From positions 37,194,337-37,258,336 of the forward strand of contig NC_057718.1 in the NCBI RefSeq assembly GCF_004010195.1: DNA of 64,000 bases. The letters run 5' to 3'. Origin of the DNA: Chiloscyllium plagiosum. Taxonomy: Eukaryota. Position 1 is the stretch's first letter; each line of letters opens with the position of its first letter. The position numbers and the translations under genes are program-made. This document shows positions 25,676 through 38,760 of the stretch, piece by piece. Below the pieces are notes generated by a model. It saw nothing but the letters and a program-made list of their open reading frames with translations, made no database searches and was not told the origin of the DNA.

Positions 25676-27150
25676 AAAATAGGAACAGGGAACAGGACAA
25701 GGGTATTTAATCCATCAAGCTTGCTCTGCCATTTAATAAGACCATGGCTGATTTGTTTAGAAACTCAAATCTACTTTCCCACCTCCTCCTAATAACCTTC
25801 ACCCTTTTGTCCTACCAAAATTCCATCCAGCTTAGCCCTAAAAAATTCCAAAACTCTTCATCCATTAATTTATCAGGACAAGAGATTTAAGGACTCATAA
25901 TGTTTATGAGAAAAAAAAATTCACCTCCTCTGTTTTAAATGGACCACCCCTCACTTTTAATCAGTGACCCCTAGTCTCCCAGATGAGGAAACATCCTCTT
26001 CTCAAAACCCCACTCATGACGCCTTAGGTTACATTTCAATCCGGTCACCTCTTCATCTTCTGATCGTTAGCAGATAGCCTGTCCAAACTTCCCTCAGAAG
26101 ACATCCTGCCCATTTAAGATTTTGGTCTGGTAAACCTTCTCCAAACCCTTTCCAAGGGATTATATCCTTTTTCAAATAAAACAAAAACTGTACACATATT
26201 GTATACATTACTGAAGAGGCCACATCTGCAATACACGACTGAAGCATGACCTCACTACATTTGTACTCAATTCCCTTCACAATAAATTATAACATTCTAT
26301 GAGCTTGCTAAATTATTTGCTGTACCTATACACCAGCCTTTTTGATTCACGTGCGAGGCGACACAGATCCTTCTGCATCTCAGAGCTCTGCAATCTCTCA
26401 CCATTTAGCTATCATACATTGTTTTTATTTATCCTATGAGAACTGATAATTTCACAATGACCTCCATTTGCCAGGTATTTGTCCATTCATTTAACTTGTC
26501 TATAATCTTTTGCAGCATCCTTCTGTCCCCTTCACAACTTACTTTCCTAATAATCTTTGTATCATAAGTAAATTTGGTCAACATACAAGAGTTTCATTCA
26601 GGTCAGTCATATAAACTGTAAACAATGAGGTCCCAGCATCAATTACTGTGCAATATCACTTGCTATATCCTGCCAACCAGAAAATGACCCATTACTGCCT
26701 ACTGTCTCTTCTTGTTAGCCAGTCAAGGTGCCAAGAAGCTATCCTCTACACCATGACTGTTTATTTTTCCCTCTAACCTTTAATGTGCCACTTTATCAAA
26801 TGCCTTCTAAAAGTCTAAATATACAACATCTATGGTTTACCTTTAACCGCAAAAAAGTTCAAATAGATGGTTAAATATGATTTCCTTCCCACAAAACCAA
26901 GTTGATTCTGCCTGATCACTTTGAACTTATCTAAATGCCCCTCTATAATGACTTTAGCAATAGGTTCTAATGTGCAATTTTCCATTTTAATGGAGTCTTC
27001 ACTGAATCTAAGGAGTTTCAGAAAATTAAAACCAATGCATCAAATATCTCACTCATCACTTCTTTTAACACCATAGTTTGAAATTCATCAGGAGCCAGGC
27101 ATTTCTCAGCTCCAATAACTTACTCAGTACCATTTCTCTGGTGATTGTAA
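25676..27150 (-). mobile_element. Decayed CR1 LINE
   Basis: rc tail with gccatttaataagaccatggctgat; ORF 26053-26280 (KGIEYKCSEVMLQ..YLKKDI). Confidence 0.7.
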
Positions 27151-28569
27151 TTTATCGCTGGGTCTGGGAGAAAGTTACCCACAATATGAAGGGATCTGTT
27201 TTCTAATTAATCTCATTGTGATCCAGAGGGTGGGTGAATAAAGATGAGGAGCCCGTGCATCCCTCCTCTCCCAGGAGATGAACAAGTTGGAGTCTCCGTC
27301 TAGAACCATAACAAATTGGGGAATCTTACTTGGGAAGGACTGGTCATAACAACCTCTAACCTTAATCCTGCAAGTATTCCTCCATTGATTTCACCCCTAA
27401 AACATTAATTTGCATGTGATTGCTCAGTTCATGTTCCTCACAACAGTCAATAAAGTTATTATGCAAACACCTGGTTTTGATGGCATCTCAGCCAGAAGTC
27501 ATTCTCACATTTTGTAATATTTTTATAACAAAAGATGATCTTATAACAGCTGAGGCATAAAAGGTGACAGACAGCAAAACATTAAATCATTGCCTGCTCA
27601 TCCCAACAGAAAAGAAGCAGTGGAGTACCTGGGAGAGTTGTTATAAGAGGAGCACTGTATGGAGGGATAGTAAGAGATAGGCCAGCCACATACTTGTCAT
27701 TATACTCTGCTTCTATTCTTTCTCATCTTATTGCATCAGACTTTAAGTAGTGCCACAAAACCTCAAATTACTCATCTTCCAGAAAGTGAAATGTGAAGTC
27801 TGTCCCTTGTCATTTTAACCTCTTTCCTTCGCCTAGATCTGTTTGAAGAAATGGAAGTAAGGGTTTCAGTCCCCTTTACAGCTGGCTGTGCCAGCACTTC
27901 AGTATATGTGCCTTCACTCAATCACTGCCTTTCAATTACCAGTGCTGAGGCATCTGAGGAAGAACAGAATGTGTCATAGAAGACTGTATTGAGCTAAACA
28001 ACAGCACATGAATGAGCAGGAATAGTTGGCACTGCAAGTTAGAGAGTGATGTGTTGCTGACTGGAAATATTCTCCACCGCATCCTTCCACCCCTACAACC
28101 CGCCTCCCCAGGTGAAGAACCCAGAGGTCCAATAGTCAGAGATGAGCTTTCAGAAGGCGAATGCTTGCACAGTATCAAATTTACATCTAAGTACTAAGGA
28201 ACACACAAGAAAGCTGACTAAGCAGAGGCATCCATTACCGGAATGAATGCTAATGCAAAGGATGGCTTTTGGAGTGTGGGGAACCTTCAGCTAGATCTTC
28301 ATTAAAAAGGACTATATGGGTCATTGGTATTTTCTCAGTGGATTTTCAGACTGTTGCCTCAGAGGCTGCAGCATCAGAACTGGGAGACTCGTCTGGCTCC
28401 AGAATGACAGTTGAAGATCTGATTTTACTGATCTCATGAATACTGCGCAATCTTTTCCTCCAGGGATAAATGGCTATGAGAAGTACAGCAGTCCAACAGA
28501 AATTAATAAGGATGATGCTTTCCCTCTTATATAATAAACGAAAACATGTGAAAGCCACAGATCTGATAC

Positions 28570-28735
28570 AAAAGTAGAAATTGTTGGAGAAACTCAGCAG
28601 CTCTGGCAGCATCTGTGCAGACAAAGCAGAGTTAACATTTTGGATCCAGTGACCCTTCTTCAAAACCTTAAATGTTAACTCTGCTTTGTCTCCACAGATG
28701 CTGCCAGAGCTGCTGAGTTTTCCTAGCAGCTTTTC
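28570..28735. mobile_element. Penelope-derived fold-back element (family C) with 51-bp inverted arms
   Basis: 28590-28640 vs 28670-28720 show one mismatch; the loop reads (minus) tgaagaagggtcactggatccaaaatgtta, a decayed hammerhead core. Confidence 0.75.
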
Positions 28736-28830
28736 TTGATTGCAGCAAAACTAGCCTTGAACACCATCTCCATGACCTAAATATTGTTAAAATATTTGGG
28801 TTGGGCAGGTTTACACAAGGTGTAAATTAC

Positions 28831-28960
28831 TCATTCCTGGTGAAGGGTCTTTGCCCAAAACGTCAATTTTCCTGCTCCTCGGATGCTGCCTGACCTGCTG
28901 TGCTTTTCCAGCATCACACTCTTGGTTCTCATCTCCTGCATCTGCAGTACTCACTTTCAC
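28831..28960 (+). mobile_element. Penelope-derived family-A element with 15-bp TSD
   Basis: TSD caaggtgtaaa(t/c)tac at 28816-28830 and 28961-28975; cctggtgaagggtctttgcccaaaacgtc core. Confidence 0.78.
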
Positions 28961-29200
28961 CAAGGTGTAAACTACATCAATTCACACTGCATCAGATGAA
29001 GGCCATCTCAGTTCAAACAGACCCATGAAGGATCGTAATAGAGAGCCATTTCCAAGATTGTTGATATGTTTGCAGTACTTAGGGGAAGACAAGATTAAAT
29101 TAAAGAGTTCACACCTATGCCAAGGTGAAGCAAAGTGATAACAGCTTGGCTTTTGATTAAAACTACTGTTGTTGACAAGATTTAAAAGCTTTTTTTGTAT

Positions 29201-29490
29201 GATTAGATTACTTACAGTGTGGAAACAGGCCCTTCAGCCCAACAAGTCCACACCAACCCTCCAAAGAGCAACCCACCCAGACCCATTTCCCACTTCACCT
29301 AACCATGGTCAATTCACCTGACCTGCACATTTTTGGACTGTGGGAGGAAACTGGAGCACCCGGAGGAAACCCAGGCAGACACGGGAAGAATGCGCAAACT
29401 CTACACAGACAGTTGTCTAAGGCAGGAATTGAACCCAGATCGCTGGCAATGTGAGGCAGCAGTGCTAACCACTGTGCCACCATGCCACCC
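29201..29490 (-). mobile_element. HE1-like SINE, full length
   Basis: Reverse complement of the same SINE with A/B boxes and aatct tail. Confidence 0.9.
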
Positions 29491-31120
29491 ATACCACAGA
29501 AAGAATGAGAGCTGTGTATTGTGTAGCGTGCAGGCAAAACTATATATCTTTGGTGGGAAGGAGAGGAAACCCTCTCAGGATTGACAATGGAACATTTAGA
29601 TGTTATAGTGGAGAAAAGATTTTCAATATCATTATGATATCAGTGACTTTTCATGGCCCTTAAAACAGTCCTTTATAACAGATTCTATTTATTGCTCATT
29701 TTTAAAGAACAGTAAAGGTCAAAAGGAAGACATTTCTTATGCTTGAAAGAAGCACTCACCTGCCTTTGTTCCATAGCCCGACAAAACGTTCTGCTTATAT
29801 TTATCCAATTCCTCTTCTGAAAAGTATCAAAGCTGCTTCCAAATGCTCTCAAGCAGTGCATTCTATATCATAGGAACTCACTGTGCAAAAACATTTTCCC
29901 AATTTTGCTTCTTCCTCTTTTGTTAGTGACATCAAATAGCTCCTTCGGCTTGTAGAAATGCCCCTGTTAAATCTCTCGGGTTAAGGTTTCAGTGGATAGG
30001 TGTCATTTTATGCCCACTACAGCCTGGCTGCCCAATGCTGTTCCTCCTCTTTGTTTAGGAAGGAAAGGAAGAGAGGCTGATTCAAAAAGTCCTTGTTTGT
30101 GTAGGGGTTGAGCTGGGTTCTCCCGAAGTGACACTCATTTTCGGTCGCTAAGAAATAGTGAAGGCGAAAGATTTTATAAAGCTTTCAGTAACCTTCACAT
30201 GGCTCACTGAATAACTGGTGATAACTCTCCTGCTTTCACTCAACAATTTCCAACCTCCCTCAACACCACCACCACCACAAAACTCTCAGCCCACCTGTTC
30301 AATAACTTGCCAAGGCTCCCCACACAACCACCCCCAATTTTCATTCTGGTATCACAAAATTACCTCAGGCACTAAAATGGGATCACATCGGGAATAGGTT
30401 TGGGAAGTGCTGGCCTAGAGCATTTTCTGCAGTTACTGCTGAGCACAAATGATGGAAGATGGAGTGTATGATGTTAACAAGTTATTACAGCTTTACTGAA
30501 GTGTCAGAAATGACAGTGAAAATTTAAGTGAAAAGGTACCAAGGAGTTGGTATACTGATCCATCCTTCCACCTGAGGTGATATTAAGATCAAGCAATACT
30601 GTACTTGGCAGACAACCCAAGTTGAAGTTTAGCTAATGTATACAACGAGAAAGAGCCTCCAAAACTGGAGTATTTTTGGCTCCCATTTGAAGAGTAATTA
30701 GGCAAGAATGGTGCTGCAGGATGCACTAAAGCTTGGGGGAGCTGCTGCCAAGGCGCAGTGGGGAAAGACCACTGCCTGAGGTCCTTGTGTGCAGTTATTG
30801 GACCCTCCCTGTGCCTCAAATACATGCAAATATAATACGTTTCAAGTAAGAAATGCCTTTGGTTTGTTTTGATAGAGTGAAACTCCAATATTTGCTTGCT
30901 TCCTTGATATGCTACTGTACAGAACAGAACTGCATGTGTGACTGTAAGGTATATTTTATGAATAAAGTATATTTTTGAAATTTAAAAAAAAGTAATGAGG
31001 CAAGAACTAAAAAAGGCTCTTGTACTTTTGGGAACTCTATTGCAATGTTAAAAAGTGTCTTCCAAAGATGGGAAAAGAACAGGGAGAGCAAAGGAAGAAA
31101 GGAAGTGCTATGTGTGTATA

Positions 31121-31604
31121 CAGGGCGACCCCCGTACCCGCGGGTCCGGCTTTCTGCAGTTTCAGTTACCCACAGTTTGCTGCAGCCCAAACATGTTACA
31201 GGAAACCTTCCAGAACCAGGGACCAGGGGGCTGCTGGGATGGTAAATTTCCTATTTAAATTAATGGGTTTGCATAGGGGTGGCTCAGTGATTAATACTGC
31301 TGCCTCACAGCGCCAGGGACACAGATTCAATTCCAGTCTCTGGCGATTGTCTGTGTGGAGTTTCACATTCTCTCCGGGTGCTCTGATTTCCTCCCACAGT
31401 CCAAAGATGTGCAGGCCAGGTGAATTGGCCATTCTAAATTGCCCATAGTGTTAGGTGCTTCAGAGGATTACTCTTTGGGAGGGTCAGTGTGGACTTGTTG
31501 GGCCGAAGGGCCTGTTTCTACACTGTAGGAAATCAAATTTAATCTATCCACGGTTTCAGGCTTCTGCAGTAGGTCTTGCAACGTATACACCGGGGGGACT
31601 ACTG
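31121..31604. mobile_element. Tigger/pogo-type MITE interrupted by an HE1-like SINE
   Basis: TA|cagggcgacccccgtacccgcgg left end; right end rc cagtagtccccccgg; internal ..ggtttcag subrepeats on both sides of the SINE. Confidence 0.6.
31276..31545 (+). mobile_element. HE1-like SINE with internal deletions
   Basis: ggtggctcagtgattaatactgctgcctcacagcgccaggg..aatct. Confidence 0.85.
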
Positions 31605-32478
31605 CATTTAGTTCAACATTTGGATGGGTGAGCATATTGGTGCTGCGCTGTCCTTTTAAACTCCACAAGCAGTGAACCACTCCTCATACATTCACACAAA
31701 GCGAAATTTGTCAATTATCCAGCTCCAATCATTATTAGCAAATTGATTGTTGTAACTGAAATTTTATTCCATGATTGTTGTAACTGAAAACATCTTAAAA
31801 CATCAAAGGATTTTCTCTCTGAGACAAATATATTAAAGTGGACTATAGATAAATAAAGTAGCAACAGCATTCGGAAGTTTAAGGAAATGTATACAAAATC
31901 ATTCTGTACTCCTCGATCTAGTTATCCCATTGTTCCACAGTCACTTTTCATCATTGGCTGCTGGTCTTGTACTGAGCAAATATCATTCAGCTGTGCTTTT
32001 TTTCCCCCAGATTTGTTTATCTTGAGCGCTAGGTCAGCCATTCGACAGATCCCTGGATCTTCTTTCAGAGCAAGGGTTAGAGCTCATCTCAAGACAGAGC
32101 GATAGTGAGTGGATGTGTTTGAACAGGCAAAAGGGCAGGTCAGCCTGTTTGAACCTCACAGTGAGGATAACGTAACAAGCAATCCATCACACCTGCCCCA
32201 TTCAACACAGACATTTCTTTAATCAGAAGTACTGCCCATCTGTTAACTGCTTTAAACACATTATTTGTCTTCCAAATTTATCTATTTCAATGAGCTGCTT
32301 GGGAGGCTGGAAACCTGCTTCTTTCTCCTCCCCCCTGTATTTTAAAAGACTTTGATGGACTGTGCTAAATTTTAGATTAATCAAATGGGTAATCAAAAAT
32401 TATTTTGTTCAGGCCGCACATGACACTCACCACACACTAAGGACATTCTTTGTAGATCATGTTCTGCAACTGAGTGAT

Positions 32479-32750
32479 GGGCAGCATGGTGGCTCCATGA
32501 TTAACACTACTGCCTCATAGTACCAGGGACCTGGGTTCACTCCCAGCTTCAGGTGACTCCCTGTGGGTTTCCACCGGGTGCTCTGGCTTTCCTCTCACAA
32601 CCTAATGGTGTGCAGATTAGGATGATTGGCCAAGGGAAAGGTGAGATTATGGGTATAAAGTGGGGGCTGCTTCTGGGTGGGATGCTTTTTGAAGGGTCAC
32701 TGTGGACTTGATAGGGCGAATGGCCTCTTTCCACATTGCAATGATTTTAT
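32479..32750 (+). mobile_element. Diverged HE1-related SINE
   Basis: gggcagcatggtggctc..gggacctgggttcactccc..gtggacttgatagggcgaatggcct. Confidence 0.7.
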
Positions 32751-32780
32751 AATTGCCAGACTGAACAAGGCTGTCACACT

Positions 32781-32908
32781 AGGGGAAGATGAAGACTGCA
32801 GATGCTGGAGATCAGAGACAAAAAGTGTGGCGCTGGAAAAGCACAACCGGTCAGGCAGCATCTTAGGAGCAGGAGAGTCAACGTTTTGAGTATAAGCTCT
32901 TCATCAGG
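32781..32908 (-). mobile_element. Penelope-derived family-A element
   Basis: rc cctgatgaagagcttatactcaaaacgttgactctcctgctcc..catctgcagtc. Confidence 0.75.
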
Positions 32909-33224
32909 CGGGATATACACCAGCAGTTCCAGCTACAGCCAAATCACACAGGAAACGTGTACAGAACTTTCAAATTGCAGTGATGGAGGGAAAGTGCCAT
33001 TTTACCATCCCAACACTGCAGCAAACAATTTCCCCAGTGCGTGACTACATTTACCCACAGTTCACTAAGCAATTTCCATTTCCCACATACCCTCACCACT
33101 GCCTGGCAGCTGCAGCTCCACCACCACTTCAAGCAAACCATCCCAGATGTACCTAGTTTACTGCAACTGGAGAGCATGAAAACTGATGAGAAGCATAACA
33201 TTGTGTCCTAGAGCGATCCCAGAT

Positions 33225-33289
33225 CACAGTGTAACACAAGAACTCACACTCAACACAATACACTCGATACTCACTTCATCAAGTTTAAT
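33225..33289 (-). terminator. Probable PKDCC polyadenylation site: ATTAAA plus GU-rich downstream element
   Basis: Minus strand: U-rich tract, ATTAAA (33284-33289), then gagtgtattgtgttgagtgtgagttcttgtgtt about 20-55 nt downstream. Confidence 0.55.
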
Positions 33290-34610
33290 GCTGTTTCAAT
33301 ACCAAAAAATAAATAAATGTGCATTAAAACATGTATATCACATTTTTAAAAAATGTTAAAGAGGTGATTTTCTGCCTCTACGCTCTCAGTGGAAAGCCTC
33401 ATCCATTTCAAAAATTCAGGCATGAGTTATATGATGCCATAAGACAATAACAAAGAAATTATGCACAGTGCACATCACAATTTCCAATATGAGATCCATT
33501 CGGTGATACTCCCTCACTGAAATGTCATGCTGGAAAATTACCTCTTGGAGCCAGAAAGGATCATAACAGATGTCATTGCATCAACAATACTTTCACTGAA
33601 AGCAAATAAGCAAGACAAACTTTGTCCATCGCAGAAAATACATTTCAAAATACACCTTGCGTCACTTGTGATTGTGTTCTTAGTGTATATTAATGCTTTA
33701 ATATCCTGCGTTCTTAGATTCTCCTTCTCTGCTAATGTTACTGAACAGCACTGAATTGATGAATGTTGGTTTTGTCCAAATAATGAAGAACATTTTGTTA
33801 TTAGGTAGTAAATTAGTCAAGTGATTGGGAAAGTTTAGTGCCTTGGAATTAGGCATGAAGGTAATTTAGCAGAAAAGAAGAATTTCTTCTGAACTCGTTT
33901 GTATTCCAAAGACCTATCTTTAAGGGATAGGTCTCAAACCTGAGTTTCCCTGAGATTTTGGCAGATAGAGAAAGCATTTGGAATGGGGGATCCATTTCCC
34001 AATTATTTACATAAATTCCCCTTTCAGCTATTAGGAATAACATCAGTGAAGATTGGAGCAAGTCTTTGCATGAAGTCACTGTGTAGCAAGTTAGGTAGAG
34101 AGGGAACAATAACACCAATAAATAAAAATGATTCCAAGATTGAAAATGCCTGAGCTTAGTGTGACTAAATTTATTTCTGTACCCTGACATTTTGGAATTG
34201 TTGCCATTACTATCACTTTCAAAATGCCCTCCTCATCTACTCCGAACAGTGAATTAATGGTTTGGCTTATTTCTCTCAGCATTCTGAGGTGGTTTCTGTG
34301 CTTGAACAGTGACAAGAGAAGTGGAGGAGATTTCCAGACTAAATAATGTCAAAATAAATGGCAGTGACCTTGTATTAGAAAGCCACATATCCATGTCAAT
34401 TATTCTTCTGCTCACTATCCTCCACCCTCACAGTATTGCACATTTTCCAGGTGATCCTGATCACCCTTCCTTTCATTCCATTACACGATACCCCATGGAA
34501 GAAAAAAACGCAAGCACCAGAGCAGAAGCACTTCATCCTGCAGTCGGCCTTGGGTTTTATTTCCTGCTAGGATGGCGTAAATTCTTGAGTGTCCAAGGCT
34601 CAACTGGTAC
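33265..34610 (-). other. PKDCC: Putative PKDCC 3'UTR
   Basis: Follows the stop codon, is AT-rich with no recognisable repeats, and ends at the candidate poly(A) signal. Confidence 0.55.
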
Positions 34611-34696
34611 TCAGTTTGCCACTTTTACAAATGTTATTTTCTCTGCAGCAGGCACTATATGATTTGAGCTGGTTTTGAAGAAAATAAGATGGCGAC
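34611..34696 (-). CDS. PKDCC: PKDCC (VLK, extracellular tyrosine kinase), last coding exon: (G)RHLIFFKTSSNHIVPAAEKITFVKVAN*
   Basis: Acceptor cttctcttccattcacag|; 86 nt ending TGA; phase 1 matches the previous exon; resembles the recalled human C-terminus [28 protein letters not shown]. Confidence 0.93.
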
Positions 34697-35785
34697 CTGT
34701 GAATGGAAGAGAAGTAATACCTGGTCATAATTATACTCAAGTGAAAAAGGAAATCCTGAACTGCTGGAATCCACTCCAGTTTGTTTCAGGAAAGCTAATC
34801 AAGGTAATGCCAAACGATGGCTTTCCTTCAAATGTCCACTTTAATTAGATGGAACTTTGTTTTCAAAACTTCCTATTAAATTACAGAAGCAGCATATTAT
34901 GCTGACAGACAAACACCTATTATGGTAACTGCTAGACTGGTTATCCTTCTGCAGCTCCTAAAAGTAATTAAAGCCATCTTTCAGGAGAGTGTCATTTGCA
35001 GATTTCATTGGTGCCTGGTGTTTTCACACCCTGACCTCATACAAGCTGAACTGAACTCCCACTCGCATTCTCCAACAGCTGGACTCGATCCTAGCCTGTG
35101 CTGTCAGCAATCACTGGAGCATTCATCAAGATATGACACAGAAATATAGATCAGTAGTTCATCCAGTTCACCACTGGAATGCACACTGTGGATTGCTGTG
35201 ACTTTTTTTTAAGCTAAACTCCTGTCCCTCTCTATGTGAAGAAGGGACTTTTCTCTTTAGAAATTCTCATATTTCAAGACAGTCCATAATCTAAAAGTTT
35301 TCTTAACATTGGTATTTCTTTTTCAAATAGTTATAAAACAGTCAGTTCCTTTCAAATTTGGACGTTCTAGAAGTTCCTCAAGTATTCAAATTATTGTTAA
35401 CCATGCTCATGGAAACAAGCCTCAATTTAAGACTGTCATGATACTGTGCAGCTTCACATTTAAATGTCATAAAGTAAGAGTGCAAGAAGTGGACATGGCA
35501 AGGATTCCCCTGAGGGTTGTCACCAATGGATTTATCTTTGACTTTGAATCAGCAAGACCAAGGAAGGAAATGAGGAAGGTAAGATCTCTTTTATAGAATG
35601 AGAAATAGAACAGTTAAATAGGTTATCACCTGGAATCTCTCATATGTTAAAAAAACTAGTGAATTGGAGGTAAACATAACTCTGTTTATAACTCTGACCA
35701 GGCCAATATTCTCACTACATTTGCCTCCAATAGGACAACTTGTTGTCATCATATTAGATTTTGCCTGTATTGTAATAAGGCTTAC

Positions 35786-35959
35786 CTGTCCAAGTTGTCT
35801 GGTTGGTCAGAACAAAGGCATGGCACTGAGAATGGTTATCACATATCTCCTTGGCCTCATTAAGGTCGTAGACTGACAGCAAGCAGCCTTCATGGTGATA
35901 AGATGGCCAGCACCGATAATTTTCATCTGGGACAGCAACATTGGCAAATTGTTTGTACT
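35786..35959 (-). CDS. PKDCC: PKDCC penultimate coding exon: (E)YKQFANVAVPDENYRCWPSYHHEGCLLSVYDLNEAKEICDNHSQCHAFVLTNQTTWT(G)
   Basis: Acceptor ttcatttggtttgcag|, donor cag|gtaag, 174 nt open, phase 1/1; YRCWPSYHH-CLLSV...C...QC.AFV.TNQTTWTG is the PKDCC C-terminal signature; absent from the ORF track. Confidence 0.96.
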
Positions 35960-37877
35960 CTGCAAACCAAATGAATAAATGAGCTTAACATCAATGATTT
36001 ATGAAGCATACTGATCTGCATAAACCTGGTGAAACACATCCAGACTTTCTATTGTGAACAGTGAGGCAACCACACAAACTGCATCAACACATCATGGAGA
36101 TGAATTCACCTTTTTATTTTGGTTTTGGTTTTTGCTCTTACTCTCTACTCCTATAAATCTTGCAAATTTCACCTCCCAACATGTCTTACCTTCTGGTGCT
36201 CTCCAGCGAGAGAAATGCCACAAATTAAGTGCACATACTCAAGGAGCTGGCAATTCTGAGGAGCTCACGAATCTTCATGATGCTCCCACTATCTATAGGA
36301 AGGCGAGTTGTCCTAGTAAACTTCCATATCAGAAAAGTATGGCAAACAACCAATGATCAAATGGTCCAGCCATTATAAACAAATTACCTGTGAGAACACA
36401 TTAAATCCATTCATGCATTGTGAAATGTAGACACAGTCCTAAATTCCTTCCAGTTTTTATATGAGCTATTTTCCAGCAATGGTACGAGTGTCCACCTTAA
36501 ACATGCAGGCACTTAATTTAAAGATTAGTTTAAGGCTTGGACATCAGCTCCCACTACTCTGATATGCAGTACATCAGATCTGGACCACGTTCCATTTAAA
36601 GAGTGTGTCCAAGGTTGCTACACAAGGTAAGTTAAATGATGCAATGTGTGACAGTACAGTAAGGTTAAGGTCACTGTATTTCAGCGAATTTTCAATCTTC
36701 CTTCTCATCTTCCCTTGCCAAACCTCCCCCTCCAACCAGAAGAAAACATTACTCTGCCACTGCCATGTATGTTCGCTTGATCTTTTCTATCAATGATTGT
36801 ACATTTATTTGCATTTACTGGCAACAATTCCTTGCTCATCGGGTCATGATTTATCAGGCATAACTAGATGATGAACACTTTCTACCCAATGAACCCCCTA
36901 GTGTTTGCTAACAGACCATCCTTTTTTAAGTCCTTTTCCAATGCGTAGTTAGTATGGTTGGTCAGGTGGCATGACTAAGATATGCGAATGGCTGGCTACA
37001 AACCTTCTACAGTTTGTCATGTTTGTTTTAATGTCACTGAATGAAAGGAGCCATCAAACAGAGAACAATACAACATGCTGAGTTGCATTTGCTAGGTGCT
37101 ACTGCTCAATATGTCAAATCCTGGCCTATCAATGGGTAAAAAAGAAACTTGTAATTTATTTTTATGATCTCCAGACAGAATCTAAAATACTTCTGTAGAC
37201 AGCAAATTTTGACATTTCCTTCAGTGCTGCAGTTTGATTTTTTGGCTTTTCAGGGCTCCTTATTCATTCAACCTGACTTATTTATTAGAATATGCAGTCA
37301 TTTAGCAACAATACCTCGCATATTTTTGACGAAAGGGGTATTTGGACAAACACCGAAGCAGAATGTGAAGAATGCATCAATTTCCTAAATAATGAACCAA
37401 GCTTCCATTAAAGTTACACTGTAGCATGCAATGAAAGCATGGATCTTTTTACTTACCACAGTATTTTTAAAAAGGCACAATGCAACAGGGATAATTTTGT
37501 AATAAACATTTTCTCAAAACATCTGATATGCACTCCTACAGCCAAACACCATCATCCAAAACTCACGTTCCACAAATGGTTGTAGTCAATGTGTTCTCAA
37601 TGTATAAGCACAAAGCTGCAAGATTTAATTATGCAGTCACAACCCTTTTTTTATGCTTCTTGGATCTCGGTGTCAGATTTAAATGTAACAATTGCCACAG
37701 TATTCATTGCAATAGCATCCAATAGATGTTTCCCCATTTAGTAGTTCCTGAACATATGCAACCTTAAACTAGTGATTCCACATTATTTGCAAGGAATTCA
37801 TTACCTCATCTACTTAGCTTAACTTCCCTGACTGTTAGCAAGTTGTGTACTCTTTTTTTGGCAGGTTTAAAATAATT

Positions 37878-38157
37878 CTCTCCCCTTTGCAGCCTTCCCT
37901 TCCCTACCCCTTCCTTGTATCTTCCCTCTTCTCCCCTCCTTGCAGCCTCTGCACTTTCCTGTCTCTACAGCCTTCCTTCCCACCCATGCAAAAGTCCCTT
38001 CATTCCATCCTTGCAACCCTTTTGTTCGCCCCATCCAGCCTTGCAGCCTTTCTTTCTTCCCTAAGGTATTCCTTACCAAACAGATGCCCACGTCTGCCCC
38101 AACCCCTGGCGTCTGCCCCAACCCCCAGCTGCGCAAGGTTTCTTCCCAACCCCTCCA
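37878..38157. repeat. Pyrimidine-rich low-complexity tract with degenerate ccttgcagcct units
   Basis: At least five variants of cc(t)tgcagcct. Confidence 0.5.
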
Positions 38158-38364
38158 GGAACAAAAGGATTTAGAAATACTGCTAGGAACGGGCACACAG
38201 CACAAACTTTTCTGTGAACATTTCCATTTCAACAGTCATAAAACAGCGGTTGGACAGGTCTTAAAATGCATCTCTTTGACCAAGAGTTAAGAGTTTGAAA
38301 ACTCAATAGTTCTTGAGTAGTGATGGGCAATAGGAAACCTCCCTATTCTTCTTATTAAAATTTA

Positions 38365-38760
38365 CTATCTCACATGTCCCAGTTTTGAGCATCATTTGCC
38401 AATTATTTGTCCATTGTGCAAGTTTATTAATGTCCTCCTACAATCATATGCAATTTTCCTTAGGAACCTATCCTCACCCAACTTGATATTTCTTGCAAAT
38501 CCAGAAGTTTAGTTTTTGATTCCATTCCAAAGCTTTAACATAAATTGTGAACAGCAGTGGTCCTAAAGTCAATCCTTGTGAAATACCAATCTCCTTCCTT
38601 CAGCCACTAGCAATAACTAAGCTTTATATTCACTCTCTGACTGCAGTCTTGAACCTAGCAATCCATTCTGCCACTTGTCCTCTGACTCTATATTCTTTGA
38701 CCTTATTTATTAGTCTATCATTGGACACATAATTGAATGCCTTTTCAAAATCCAGATAAA
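38365..38760 (-). mobile_element. CR1 RT fragment
   Basis: ORF 38630-38821 (IYLDFEKAFNYVSNDRLINKV). Confidence 0.7.

Noticed and set aside
1-33200. Exons of a neighbouring gene such as EML4 (adjacent to PKDCC in human, from recall)
   Set aside because: No recognisable exon or CpG island seen
35309-35876. Plus-strand ORFs 35309-35596 and 35664-35876
   Set aside because: Intronic or antisense to the real PKDCC exon; no homology
37845-38290. Three overlapping ORFs of 109-121 aa
   Set aside because: Explained by low-complexity pyrimidine-rich sequence lacking stops
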